A DNA stretch of 64,000 bases, from NCBI RefSeq assembly GCF_009914755.1, contig NC_060931.1. One strand, 5' to 3'. The notes below the pieces were generated by a model that was given only the letters and a program-made list of their open reading frames with translations, was not told where the DNA came from and made no database searches. This stretch comes from the human T2T-CHM13v2.0 reference genome, Homo sapiens. Below, piece by piece: positions 12,381-24,600 of the stretch (positions are counted from its first letter, which is position 1; each line of letters begins with the position of its first letter). The position numbers and the translations under genes are program-made.

Positions 12381-14129
12381 CTTAATTGCTAATTGATTCT
12401 GGAAACATCCTCACAGACATACCCAGAAATAATGTTTTTCTTGCTAGATGAATGTCAGGTATTCCTTGACCCAGGCAAGTTGACACTCAAAATTATCTAT
12501 TACATGAGAGAATGTTATTAATAACTTTCTTCTATTAAATTAGATAACTTAGATGAAATTGGCAAATTCGTATAAAAGCACAAATAACGAAAACCAACTC
12601 ATGAAAAAATTGAAGATGCAAGTAATACCTACAAGGGGTAATAAAATTGAATTCATAATTTGAAATCTTTCTACAAATAAAATCCCCAACTGAGATGATT
12701 TTACTCATAAATTCTACTAAATATTTAAGAAGAAATAATAGCAACCCTTCAAAAATTCTTTCAGAAAATCAAGAAAGGACCATTTCTCAACTCAGTCTAT
12801 GAGGCCAGTGACACTATGACACCAGAGCCAGAGAAAGACATCACAAGTAAAAAAACAAATAAATAAACTACAGACTAATATCTATCAAAGCAGTCAGGAA
12901 AGAAAGAGCAAATAAATCACTGGCACCCAAATCATTTTCTTTCCAACTTTTGCTTTTGAGGGATCCCCAATAAGACGGTTGGTGATAATCCAAATTAATA
13001 ATTAAAAAAGGCAGGAGGGAAATGGGCAGGGAAAGCCTTTCTATAAGGGAAACTCCATAATGACTATTATTGGGAATAATTTGGGAAATTTGAAAATGAA
13101 CTATCTATTAGGGAATAATACTGTTTCATGTTTAATTTCTTGGCTCTGATGATGATATTGTGTTAAGTAGGAAAATGTTCTTAAGAGGTAACATGCTGAA
13201 ATGTTTATGGGGAAAACATCAATAATGCCTGTAATCTATAACTTTTTTCAAATGGTGAGAAAAAATTGGAGAAAAAATAAGCAAGTGTGAAAACATAGTA
13301 AACGGTGGGTTACTTTAGGTAAATAGTAAACCTGCATTCATTGTTCTTGTCTTTCAACTTCTGTATTGGTTAACCTTTTTAAAAAAATAAAATTGAGTAG
13401 AGAAATGCAAAAACCACAATGAGATACCACTGCATGCATATTACAATGGTTAAAACTTAAAAAAAAAACTGGCAATATCAAGGACTATTGACAAGGACTA
13501 TTGACAATATACTTTGTGGGTGGGAATGCAAAATGGTACAGCAACTTTAGCAAACAGTTGGCAGTTTCTTATAAAGTTAAAAAATATACTTATGATATCA
13601 CCCAAAATTCTCACTCTTAGCTGGTTACCAAACAGGCATGAAAACTTATGTTCACATAAAAATCTATATGTGGACATTTATAGTGGCTTTATTAATAATC
13701 ACCAAGTTTTGAAACAATTCAAATGTCCCTCAACTGAACAAGAAATGCATAAACACACAGTGGTACATTCATACAATGGAATACTCCTCAGCAATAGAGA
13801 CAAACTACTGATACACACAACATGGATGAACATCCAACGTACTCTGCTAGTGAAAGAAGCCAGATGGAAATGCTACGTACGATACAATTCCATTTATATG
13901 ACATTCTGCAACAATCAAAAAAGACAGAAGACCGTGGTTGGGCAGAGAATGGAATAAAGTTGGCTACAAATGGGGATGGGAAGATTTTCTGAAATAATGA
14001 TACTGTTTTATACTTTGTAGTGGTGGTTACACAACTGTGCATGCTCAGGACTGTGTGCTAACAGGAGTGAATTTACTGTATATTAACTATATGGTAATAT
14101 TAAAATTAAATTGTTAGTTTGAAAAAAAT

Positions 14130-14625
14130 CAGATCACTTCATCTAAAACCCTCCAGTGGTGTGTTACTCAGAATAAAAAGCAGTCATTACAATAGTTTAC
14201 AAGGCCTCCCTTTAGCTCTTTGATCTCAACTGCTACTTCTCTTCCTCTTCCTTCTTTTCTAGCTTCACTAGCTGCTTTACATTCCTGAAACCTATCAGAC
14301 ATATTCCTACCTCAGAACCTTTTCCCCCCAGTTGCTATAAGACTTGATTGCTCTCTTCAAGCCTTAATTTGATGTCATATTAGCAGTAAGATCTTCTTCA
14401 TAACCCCACCTTACCCTGGTACTCCTTTCCTCCATGGTAATTTTCACTACCAAAAATGCTATGTATTCTAAAAACTATATACTATGTATTCTCCTTATTT
14501 ATAGTGTCTGTCTGTCTCAACAAGAGAGGGCAAAGCTTCTTGATGTTTTGTTCACAGCTATATCACATGCACCTACAATGGTGTTTAACATATAACAGTA
14601 CTCATTCAATAGTTGTTGAATAAAT
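14130..14625 (+). mobile_element. L2 3' end
   Basis: AAAACCCTCCAGTGG...TACAAGGCC...TTTTGTTCACAGCT...TTGTTGAATAAAT. Confidence 0.65.
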
Positions 14626-16795
14626 TAGCTGAGATATAATGAAAGAGCTGTTACTTAAAATGCCCTGCACTCAGTATCACTTGCTACGTTACATAACATA
14701 CTAAAATCAATCTCACCATAATTCTTAAAGAAATGGATCTTTTATTCTAATTTTACTTTTATGAGAAATAAGGAACTGATGAGGAAAAAAGATTAGGGAT
14801 ACAGTTTTTAAAATAAGTATCAGCATTTTCTTAGAATTCAGTAACTTACATCTATAATATGGAACAATAAGGATTTGATCCTTTTCCTCTGTGAAGCTCT
14901 TCTTCCTACCTCTTCCCTCTCAACCACTGATCCCTCAGAGTACCACTTCACCTTTACCTTCCCACTATCACTCCATCTTTCTTGCTGCTTGAAGTCAAAC
15001 ATTCAAAGGCTTCAAAATTGTGGATCATCAAATAAATGTTAAATTGAGTTAATTATATCCAGTTATAGATATAGACATATATTTTGAAAATATTTTCATT
15101 GACTACCCTGAAACCACAAAAGTGTTACTGTTAAATAACAAAAACGCCATTCCTAGCATTTTCTGATTAATCAAAATTTTACTGAACTTAATCTTAGATG
15201 TGAGTTTCTTTTTCTTTTTCTTTTTTTTTTTGTTGTTTAACGAGGAGCGTAAGACATTGGATAAGATCCAGACTGAAGAAATGTTGAACAGAAATGATTA
15301 ACAATTTTTTAAAAGTATATTATAGAAATTGGTTTTTGTGAAAAACACAAGACGACTATGAGAAAACTTTGAAATCACTTTATACTTGGGACAATTTGAG
15401 TTATCAAAGTTTCCACTTTGACAGAGGTAGGATTCAATAAGAAAGTACATGTTGCAACTACAAAAAGTTGAAAGGCAAGTATAAATGAAAAAAGAAATTT
15501 AAGTTCCTGCTGCCTCCATTGTGGTTCAATCTCTTATAATAGCTTCCTAGTTGCTTTTTCATGATCAGACTGTCCCCTACCAGCCTATTTAAACTGTTTG
15601 CAAGTTGATCTTCCTATTGCAGAGCTGTGATACTATTTCTCCATACTCAAAAACCTTAAAAGCAAAGCCCCATTTCCTGAAGCACCACCATGTAAACATC
15701 TTTCAAAACATGGTCCTATTATTAGATGGCCTTGGTGCATATTTTCTTTAATATTTCCCACAAGGCTGCTATGCACACGTAGCACAGAAGTCAAACTGGG
15801 CTGTTTATTCTTCAATCACACCCACTGATTTCTTCTTCTATTCCTTTATAAATTAGCTCTCTCCTCCTGAAGTGTCCACTCCTCACACCATCTTTCATCA
15901 GCTCCTTCTAAAAGCCCACTCATCCAGTTATCTCATAAAGCCTTTCATGCTCTCTTCTAACCCTATAAGCATTCCCTCTATTCCAAAGTATCGCAGAACT
16001 TCACATCTTCCTGAGGCACCTAACAAGCCCCAGCTTATATCATAGTTGTCTATGTATTTATTTTATTCCTTCCCATCCATGTCATCCCTGCCTGATTCTG
16101 TAAGGTCTGAGGCTGTGACCTATTTACCTTTAGTTACTCAGGTAATAGGATAGAATCTTTTCCACATGACATGCTCAATTGTTCCTTGATTTATAAAGTG
16201 ACTAAATATCAGGAGAGACACTATGGAATCACAGTTGCTGTTCTGCTCAGCAGCCAAAACCTAGCTCAGGTGTCCTCTTGAGAAATTTTCCAAAGACCTA
16301 TTACAGGGATCTACAAGAAGACAAGGGCACCTTGTTTGAATTCTCCTGCAGATCCCACAGAATACACACAATGGAGGGAAAAACCCCTTTGAAAAGTATT
16401 GGACTGGGAAAAAGGAGATAGCCTGGGCACTGCCATTTAAGTTTCACCTGCACCAATCTCTTTAATGATTTTTAAATAACATCATGTTATAATTTGGAAA
16501 AAGGAATACTGACTTACTTATGCCGAGTAGAACAGAAATCAACAAGCAGAAAATACGTTTTCCCAGCAAGAAAACTGGGTTCTCTATAACAAGATTTTTC
16601 TGAAGACAAAGACATCCAACTACACATCTTCTTTGGTAGCTTTTAAATATCACTGTGTCACTAGGTCATGGTCTCTGCCACCTGAGTTAGACATGTGTCC
16701 CACACAGCAAGCATCCTACACAACTGCTGCATTTTAAACTCCCGAAGAGGCAAAAGAGGGGATTCAAATATTCCCAATGGAGGAGGTTAGGTTTT

Positions 16796-17879
16796 TTTAT
16801 TCAGAGTTTATGAAGTATCAAGTTAAAGGTAGAATGTTCTAATAAAAATATATAAATATTTTATTATTCCACTCCTATACTTTCATTGCACTTAAAGAAA
16901 TTAAGTTGTATAGATTTCATCAAGTTTATTTTTCAAAAGGAGAAAAATTAGAACTCAGAGTGCTTTACGTAGGATTCACAAAGCTTCAAAGGTCAGTGTT
17001 CAGAGGAAATCAGATGACAACTGCATTTTAAAATTCTTGATTCTGCCCATAATTCCCCAAGGGAAAATCTGTAGCTCTATGTGCTAGTTCAGAGGTGAAT
17101 TTTTTAAAAAAGAAACTTTCTTCCTACTCTGCTATTTATTCACATTTTATAAGTATTCAGAAGTAATTTGACATCTATACCTGAATATTAAAAATACAGC
17201 TTTGTTTTAACATACAACATAGTTTTATGAATCATGCATATAAAATACTGCTATTAGAAAAACTTCTTTATAACATAATGATTACCTGCCTTAAAAGAAA
17301 ATACGTTATAAAACAGTAAGGCCGGTTTTAAATTGTGCATAGAACCAGTAATTGTATCTTTAAGGCAATTAGAAGATTTATTGAATATTGGTTAAAAGTA
17401 GATTGACAATGACATTAAAGAATAAAGTGTAATTTATTTGGTGCTACTTTGTGAATGCTTCCAAGTACAAATCATCTCACAATACCATATACAACATACT
17501 TTCAATCACAACTCAAATATAAAATAACCTACAAAATCACATTGCTATAATCAATATACAATAATTGTATTTTTAAAAGAAGAAAAAACGTTAGCAATTT
17601 TAAGTTAAGTTGCAGTAACTTTTTTCAAATAAAATATTAGCACCATACCAGATAAAATAATCTAAAACTATTGGCCTTCTCATTCTTCTTAAATAACTAA
17701 ATAGAAACTTTTTTTCAAAGCACAAATATTAATTTGTAAAATCAGTTCTACAGTAGTTAATATTTCTTTCTTTATTGTTTCTTTTTTGCATTTTTCCCTA
17801 TAAGGAAAAATATGAATTAAAAACTTTCACGGGATATGAAAATCAAACAAATAAATCTGACCCAACCAAGTACTGTCCT
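16796..17879 (-). promoter_or_regulatory. GPR37: GPR37 AU-rich 3'UTR with clustered AATAAA signals
   Basis: Minus-strand AATAAA at 17771, 17433, 17377, 17135, 16925, 16860, 16796; the real cleavage site cannot be determined from sequence. Confidence 0.6.
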
Positions 17880-18698
17880 TCAGCAATGAGTTCCGACAGA
17901 AGCAAAAGTGGACATTTCACGGCGTATGGTACTGAAAGGCGAGAGTTCGAGTTCCGTGGTGTACTCGTTGTCATTGTCATCACTGGTCACCGTTGAAGAC
18001 TTCTGAATGCATTCCTCACAGCAACAGCAGCAGCACTCCATGAAGGCCCGACTGAAGGGTTTGCAGAGACAGAAAAGGAGGACTGGGGTGACACAGGACT
18101 TAAAGAACAAAAGGAACTGGCTGATGATATTAAGGAGGTCCATTGTCTGCTGTGAAACCCCTGTAGCCATGTAGGCAGTAACAATGTTGCAGATATTTTC
18201 AGGAATAATGCAAAATCCATATAAAATGGTCAGTGCCACTACTGTACAGTTCATCTGACTCTCTAGTTGAATCTGCCGTTTATTCCCTCGGGTACAGGCT
18301 TTCTCTGCTTTGCGGATTTTCCTCGCAGTCACTAGAGAGCAGGTGATGGTGAAAAGCGTGGGCAAACAAAAGTAACAGCCAAAATACCACCAGAGTCTCG
18401 CACTGTCGTAGGTGAGGGCTAGAACATAGATGGTGTCTGGTAAATCAGGAGAGATCTTAATAATGCACCTTTCTGCCGGAGCTCGGCCACTAAACCCCAA
18501 ATCCTCCTTGCTCAGCTGGCGGAGAACAACTTCTGGAAGTGCTAACAATAGAGCTCCCACCCATATAACAGCAAGTTTGGCAGTTGTTGAGGAACAGTTT
18601 TCGATCATTTCGTAGTACATCTGTACGTTGGTGGCAGCACGGAAGCGGTCTATGCACAGAGCACATAAGGTGAAGGTGGTGACTCCCAGAGAAGCGAC
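17880..18698 (-). CDS. GPR37: GPR37 exon 2 (TM3-TM7 and C-tail, 272 aa plus stop)
   Basis: Acceptor TTCCCCCACAG|GTC; DRF motif, [12 protein letters not shown]7, [12 protein letters not shown]-type end GTHC. Confidence 0.98.
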   Translation of the reverse strand, partial: VASLGVTTFTLCALCIDRFRAATNVQMYYEMIENCSSTTAKLAVIWVGALLLALPEVVLRQLSKEDLGFSGRAPAERCIIKISPDLPDTIYVLALTYDSARLWWYFGCYFCLPTLFTITCSLVTARKIRKAEKACTRGNKRQIQLESQMNCTVVALTILYGFCIIPENICNIVTAYMATGVSQQTMDLLNIISQFLLFFKSCVTPVLLFCLCKPFSRAFMECCCCCCEECIQKSSTVTSDDNDNEYTTELELSPFSTIRREMSTFASVGTHC

Positions 18699-21600
18699 CT
18701 GTGGGGGAACATAGAAGACATTTATTCCCGGTGTCCCCCGAAAGATCAAAGCACTAGGAAATAAATGCAGATTGGCAAAACTGTAAAAAAAAATATGGAT
18801 AAATAAAAATGAGAGAGAGAGAGAGAACAGTTTTCCAGAATGAGGCATGGGTAACTGGGCTCAGGACGTCAGCTGAATCATTGTAAGCATAAAAAAAGAA
18901 AACACACTGTAGTGGTTTGAGGGTCATGGAGTGCAGAACATTTAGGACTGGAAGGATCCATAAAGATCAGCTAGTCCAATCCCTTTTTATTATAGATCAG
19001 AACCCAGATACACTAAAAATTTTATTCACCACGAAAATGTCTGCCACTAGGAGATCTAGATAAGGAGTCAGGGTAGTGCAGAAATTCCCATTTTCATTGC
19101 TGACCAGGATGCTCATGTTTTCCAGTGTGAGGGTCAGTAGTGTGCCTTACACACAGCAAACACTCAAGAGCTTATTGTCTCCAATGGACTAAATGATTGG
19201 AGGGCTCCTCCAATTTTTCCTAAATGCAAAATAAAGTATTACAGTATTATTTTCAAAGGCATACACTTACGGAAAACAAGAAAGGGAAATTCTCCAGAGG
19301 CCAAAATCAAAAAGGAAACAAATTTCAAACAGGCCAGAGACCCCTCCCTCTTCATGCTGCGTGTTTGCCCTAGGGGCACCTGCCAATCCTGGTGAGGGTT
19401 TCAAGTTAGTTTTAGCTAGAAAAATGGGGCAAGGTGCCCAGGTGCACAGAGACAGGAAACAGAGCTGGGGCCAATGTGGGTGGGGATTGGGTCAAAGACT
19501 CCCTATGAATTTGGAACTCCTCAAATGCTGACATCTTTAGAGGTGTAAAGGGAAAAAAGAGAGAGAGATAATGAAGAAATCTGCCTGGATGACAGGGTTT
19601 GGGTCTGGATGAACTGGGGGAAAAGGAGGGAAAAAAATGGCAAATTCTAACTGGGAGCCTGAACTTACATGGTGTTAGGATCAGAATTTCCAGGATCTAC
19701 GTGGCTCAGAAAACCCAAAATACAATTTAAAATAATCCCAGGCACCTGGTTAAAATCAAACATAAATCCTCTCTGGAAGAATGCACTTTAAAACCAGGCC
19801 TCAAAAAATCCTATAGTTAAAATTCAAGGGACATGGGTTCACAAAATCAAAAGTCAAAATATGCAAGAGACAATGAGCCACTATGAATTTATATGCCAAA
19901 GATACAGAATCAGACATAAGAAGTATATTTATCATAAAATAGGTATGTACATCAAATTTAAAGAAATAGGAGATACTAAAATAGAACATGTAAAAATACA
20001 AGAAAATATGCAGAAAATAGCCAAAAAGAATGTCTAGATATCCCAAACACAGGAAAATTTTGGAGCATAAAACTCTTTGACAATAACCACATGAAAAACT
20101 GTATTCAAAAAGGCACTGCTCTTATAAGCATATGGTCCAGACATCTAAAAAAATCAACATTTAAAGGTTAAGAACCAAAAATATGTACCTATTTTTTTTT
20201 CACATAGAGGCTCTCCAGGAATATAAACACATGTTCCTAATGTAAGCATGCTATCATTTCATTTACTTATAAAATATTTATTAAGCATTGTACATGTACT
20301 CAAATGGGGCAAACAGATACATATCCAACACAAGCACACATTTATTTATATCAACTCTATGCCGAGCACTATGCTTGGTATCGAGAAAATAGAAAGTTAC
20401 AAGAAGCAGTCCCTTCCCTCAAGCATATCATAGTCAACCAAGATGGGGACGATGGTTCTCAAAGTTACAACATAAACACAGCAATCACCTGGCAATATTA
20501 AACCTACTTAAATATTCTGGGGAAATTTTAAGTAATTTAATATGTAATAAATGTAGTCATTATTTATATATTTAAACAAGAACAATGAGTAGAAGGTAAA
20601 ATGTTAATAACGTTTCAGATAAAATATGAGACTAAAAGAAAACTCCCTGGGTGGATGGAATGCTTTGGTCTACATCCCAGACAACTTGAATATAAGCTTT
20701 TGCTCTCCCCTGCCTGCTGGTAGGAAGGTTTAAGAAGCATGGTTATAGGCTATTCCCTGGTAAAGGGGCAGGGGAAATGTAAGTATAATGTTAATATCTC
20801 ATTTTTTAAAAGTCAAAGGGATGATGTTGACAAAAGGGAAACCATTTGTCATACAATTTTAGTACTCAAAACATTAGTTGTTTATCTACTACATTCAAGC
20901 TGTCACTCTCCCCAGAGCTACGGCAACTTGCCTTGGGGATTCTGACAGTTCCAATGTCAAATATTTCCTCCTTATACACTACATATCAGACGGCATCTAC
21001 TAGTTCTAATATGGAAAATAAGGTCATTGTATTTATGCCCTGACTACTCTCATAACTAGTAGTGGAGACAGTCTGAAAATGAGGTATAATGAGGTGTTAA
21101 CTATATTAAAAGCAAAAATGAAAAAAAAAATATGGCTAGCAAAGCTCTAGTCAGTGCAGATAAAGAGGCACAATTGGGCTGATAACCACAATTCTTATTC
21201 TCCAAATTTTTCAGAATGTCTCCCATAAACATTGGCATATGAAACATCAACCTAATATGACTGCAAATGACAAAAAATAATCTCCACTTTCATCTTTTAA
21301 TAATTAACCTTCAAATTAAAAATTGTTCACATTGATGAAAATTTGTTTTGCGTCTATGCTAGAGGCACAAAATAATTCTAAAAATGAGGTCCACATTGTA
21401 CAACTGTCTTATGATCATGTTTTAAAATGCCAGTAATTGCCACTTAATAAAGACATCTAAGAACGGCTGGCCACTTCCTAAAATTCTATATCAAACAGTA
21501 TCATGTAGAAATTACAGTACCTTAGTTTATAGATTTTTGAAACTTGACATTTGTATATTAGTTTTTCAAATGTTTTGATTCATTTCTCCTAAGTCTGTCA

Positions 21601-24600
21601 AAAACAAAACAAAACTTCTTAAACTATCAGAAACCCTCGTCAAGGCTTTCGTGCCATCTTCACTAAGGCAAATCTTTGTGCATGCTTCCCCGTCACTTTA
21701 TAGCCCGAGTGAGTCCACAAATACAAGGCTTCCAAAGTTTATGCTATACATCCTTTTGAAATCACAAATAGGATTTCTATTAAAAGGAAAGCTCAGTAAT
21801 ATAAAAATACTGGAGACTCTGAGGAGAGGCAATCTTTTAGAGGCTCAGAACATCTATTTGCTTGGTGGTTTTCTATCATTACTTGCAAAGAACACACAAT
21901 GCACAAAAGATAGCATCTTCTCTATTAATCTCCCTAGTTTTAAATCCACAGATTGAAAAAATATGGATCAATTATCACATATGCTAGTAACTGCATACCT
22001 AACTCCAGGAGTTACAAAGTCTTTAATGAAAGGTAATGGCAAATGCATGCCGGTGGACATGTATTAAGATGGGTGTGTTAGATTACCAACTCCTTAGATA
22101 TCAGAAGCTGTGCTGCACATCCGCTCTTAATTAGAAGATGTTAACTGCCTAAGAAAGCAAAACAATGTTTTTCCAGGTTCTTTACCTTCAATCTCATAAG
22201 ACAACAAAAGCCAGGACAAATGTTAAGCAAGATTTACATGTATTCCAACTTATCATCAGGAATTCTACACTGTGTTTTATCTGAGGATGCTCAGTTCTTC
22301 AGTCATATTCCCAAAAGCTTTAGTACCAAGTCAAAAGCTCAAACATACATGATCTGTAGTCTTTTTGATAAATCATGAATTAAGGAATCCTCCCCAGTTT
22401 TCATATACAAATTTCAAAAAGCTCCTACATCCAGGCTTCTGTTTTCAAATTGAACTTTTCTCTGATAGTACTCTCTGCAGTTAGGATCCAGCTGCAACAG
22501 GGTAAACAGTCCAGAAGGGTCACAAGAGCAACAGAGAAAGTTGCTGAAGGAGCCAAAGAAAGTAGCACTGCTCCAAATGCAGCTAGCGCTTGGGATGCAG
22601 TTGCTCTTGGCAACTGCATCCCAAATGCCAGTCCTAGACATCTACTCTCTCCTGCTGCCACTGCCTGCAGTGATATTACTTCAGATCTTTTTTCTGTAAA
22701 TTCACTTACGCACTACATTTTATGGTGTGAAAGAGCAAGAAATGTACAAAGGCCCTGTCAGTACTTTTCCAAATTATTTATAGGAGGCTTTAAATATGTG
22801 TAAAGTAGTAACTGCACACCTCAGAAATTAATTGATAAAAATCATATGAATAATGAGTGGCGTTCTAATTTCTTCTTACCCAAACATGAAATCTATCCAT
22901 GTAATTAAAATTCCTAGATATTGGAGCAACATGAAAAGATTTCTATCACAATTTTGAAATATACTTGTTTACATGCAGCTTATTAAAAATTCTAAGATGA
23001 ATAGTGCAATTATGTGCAATTATAAAACTGCATCATGAACGCCAGATCTTCTGCATTTAATGACCATATCTGATTGCTAAAATTCAATATCACCATGAAA
23101 TATGCTCTCAGGAGTAAAGCTGTTAAGCATTGGCTTAGATGGGTAGTTCTTTGAAGCAACATCCTGAGAGACTGAATGAGTAAGATGCAATCTCTTATTA
23201 ATTAAACTGCAATGGGAGGAATAATTAACAGCAACAAAAGCAGAACTGTAAACACTTTTCAGAGACAAGACTATTAATTTTGATAATTTCAAGATCAGCG
23301 GGAAAATAGAAACAAAATTTTAACTATTGGGGAAAATAAGATATTGAGCATTTTGAGAGGATTGGCATTAGAATACAGAGATGGAAAGGAATCAAAATAA
23401 ACAACTCTAAGATCTTTCAAACAACAATGTTCTGCTTTTCTTTGTGTCCCAGAGTAACAACAATAAAGCTCCTTCAGCTCCCACCCAGCCCACATGTGGA
23501 GCAGTGAGGCTTTGGACACCAAAGTGAGGGGTTTAGGGTCATTCTTCTTGATCACCCCTAAACTGTTCCCATTATTATGCCTTTATTGAACACTGTATTA
23601 CTAGCAAAGAGACCACTGCATTAGCACAATGCTATATGTGTGTGTGTCTTGTTTTTAAGAGAGAAAGAGAGAGAATCTATAAAATATACTGTAGCTGCTG
23701 CTGGGAACAATGATGAATAAAGCAGGAATTTTATCCTCAAGAGGTCTGGAATCTATGACAGAACTTCTCGACTATCTCCCACCTGCTACCACGCAGCCAG
23801 CAAGTTGCTTTATATATGGAATCACTCATTACAGTCTACTAGGCAGAGAGGATTGACTAACAGTTTCTGGCATGCTCACTGTGACTCCCCTTGATCTGGG
23901 ACATATCCATGTTTGCCTGGAGACTGCAGTTGAGAATCACTAGTTTAACAAGATTGGAAGACAAACATAATTTCACAGTATCTCCTAGGGAAATTGCTAC
24001 AGATGTCTAACTAACTTTACAGGCTGACCAAATTATAAAACCTCTCCTGATGTATAGCTGCATTTCAAGAGATATGATCCAATTCTTTGCAAATATCATC
24101 TATGTCCTACTTAGTCTATTAGACTAGGATAACCTTGTGATTGTCAGTTTGACTGTTTATTAACAATGCAGTACAGTCATGATTTGTATTTTAACTGAAG
24201 TATCTATTTAAATCCGTGGGATACAAGGATGGTACAAAAAGGAAAGAGAACTTGAAGACCACCCAGAATTCATGTCTAAATGTACTCTTTGTTGCTCTTG
24301 ACATACATAGTAACCCTTGTAAAGTTGTAAAAGTTTGCTCCTGTGTAGGAAAAAAAAATAGCCCAGGAAGGATTGCCATTAGCTTTATATGTTACTTTAG
24401 TCATTTAGAAAATCATTAAATAAATCATTTAAAGTTTGGATGGGTTTCTTAAGTTTTCTCTTAAATGATAATATAGAGATAATAGATAAATTTTCTCTTA
24501 TAATGATAATTTTAGGGGTAAAATTTATGCTATTACAATATTTGCTCATTTGGAGATTTATAAGATACTGGAGAATGAATACTAAGGGCTTAAAACACTC

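Larger units (their letters stand above)
10662..12504 (-). mobile_element. MLT2 (ERVL) LTR split into 10662-10880 and 12392-12504
   Basis: Reverse-complement MLT2 ends; flanked by degenerate TSD TAAAA/TGAGA within L1 ORF2. Confidence 0.7.
10433..14128 (+). mobile_element. Old L1 ORF2/3' fragments, interrupted
   Basis: A-rich ORF2-like sequence at 10433-10661 and 12505-12890; ORF2 end and 3'UTR (CACAATGAGATACCAC, AAATGGTACAGC, AAATGTCC) at 13400-14128. Confidence 0.75.

Noticed and set aside
13480-13505. 13-bp tandem duplication AAGGACTATTGAC (similar small duplications near 23004 and 60208)
   Set aside because: Ordinary slippage products
13514-13957. 147-aa ORF
   Set aside because: Decayed L1 ORF2 end and 3'UTR
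8520-14140. Possible single 5'-inverted (twin-primed) L1 bounded by degenerate TSD AAGCCAGACCACTTC/AAATCAGATCACTTC
   Set aside because: Only a 12/15 match, and the inverted copy at 12270-12380 shows ORF2 once extended past the apparent junction, which favours later rearrangement
18699-18848. N-terminal 50 aa of the 322-aa ORF
   Set aside because: Intronic pyrimidine tract upstream of the exon 2 acceptor
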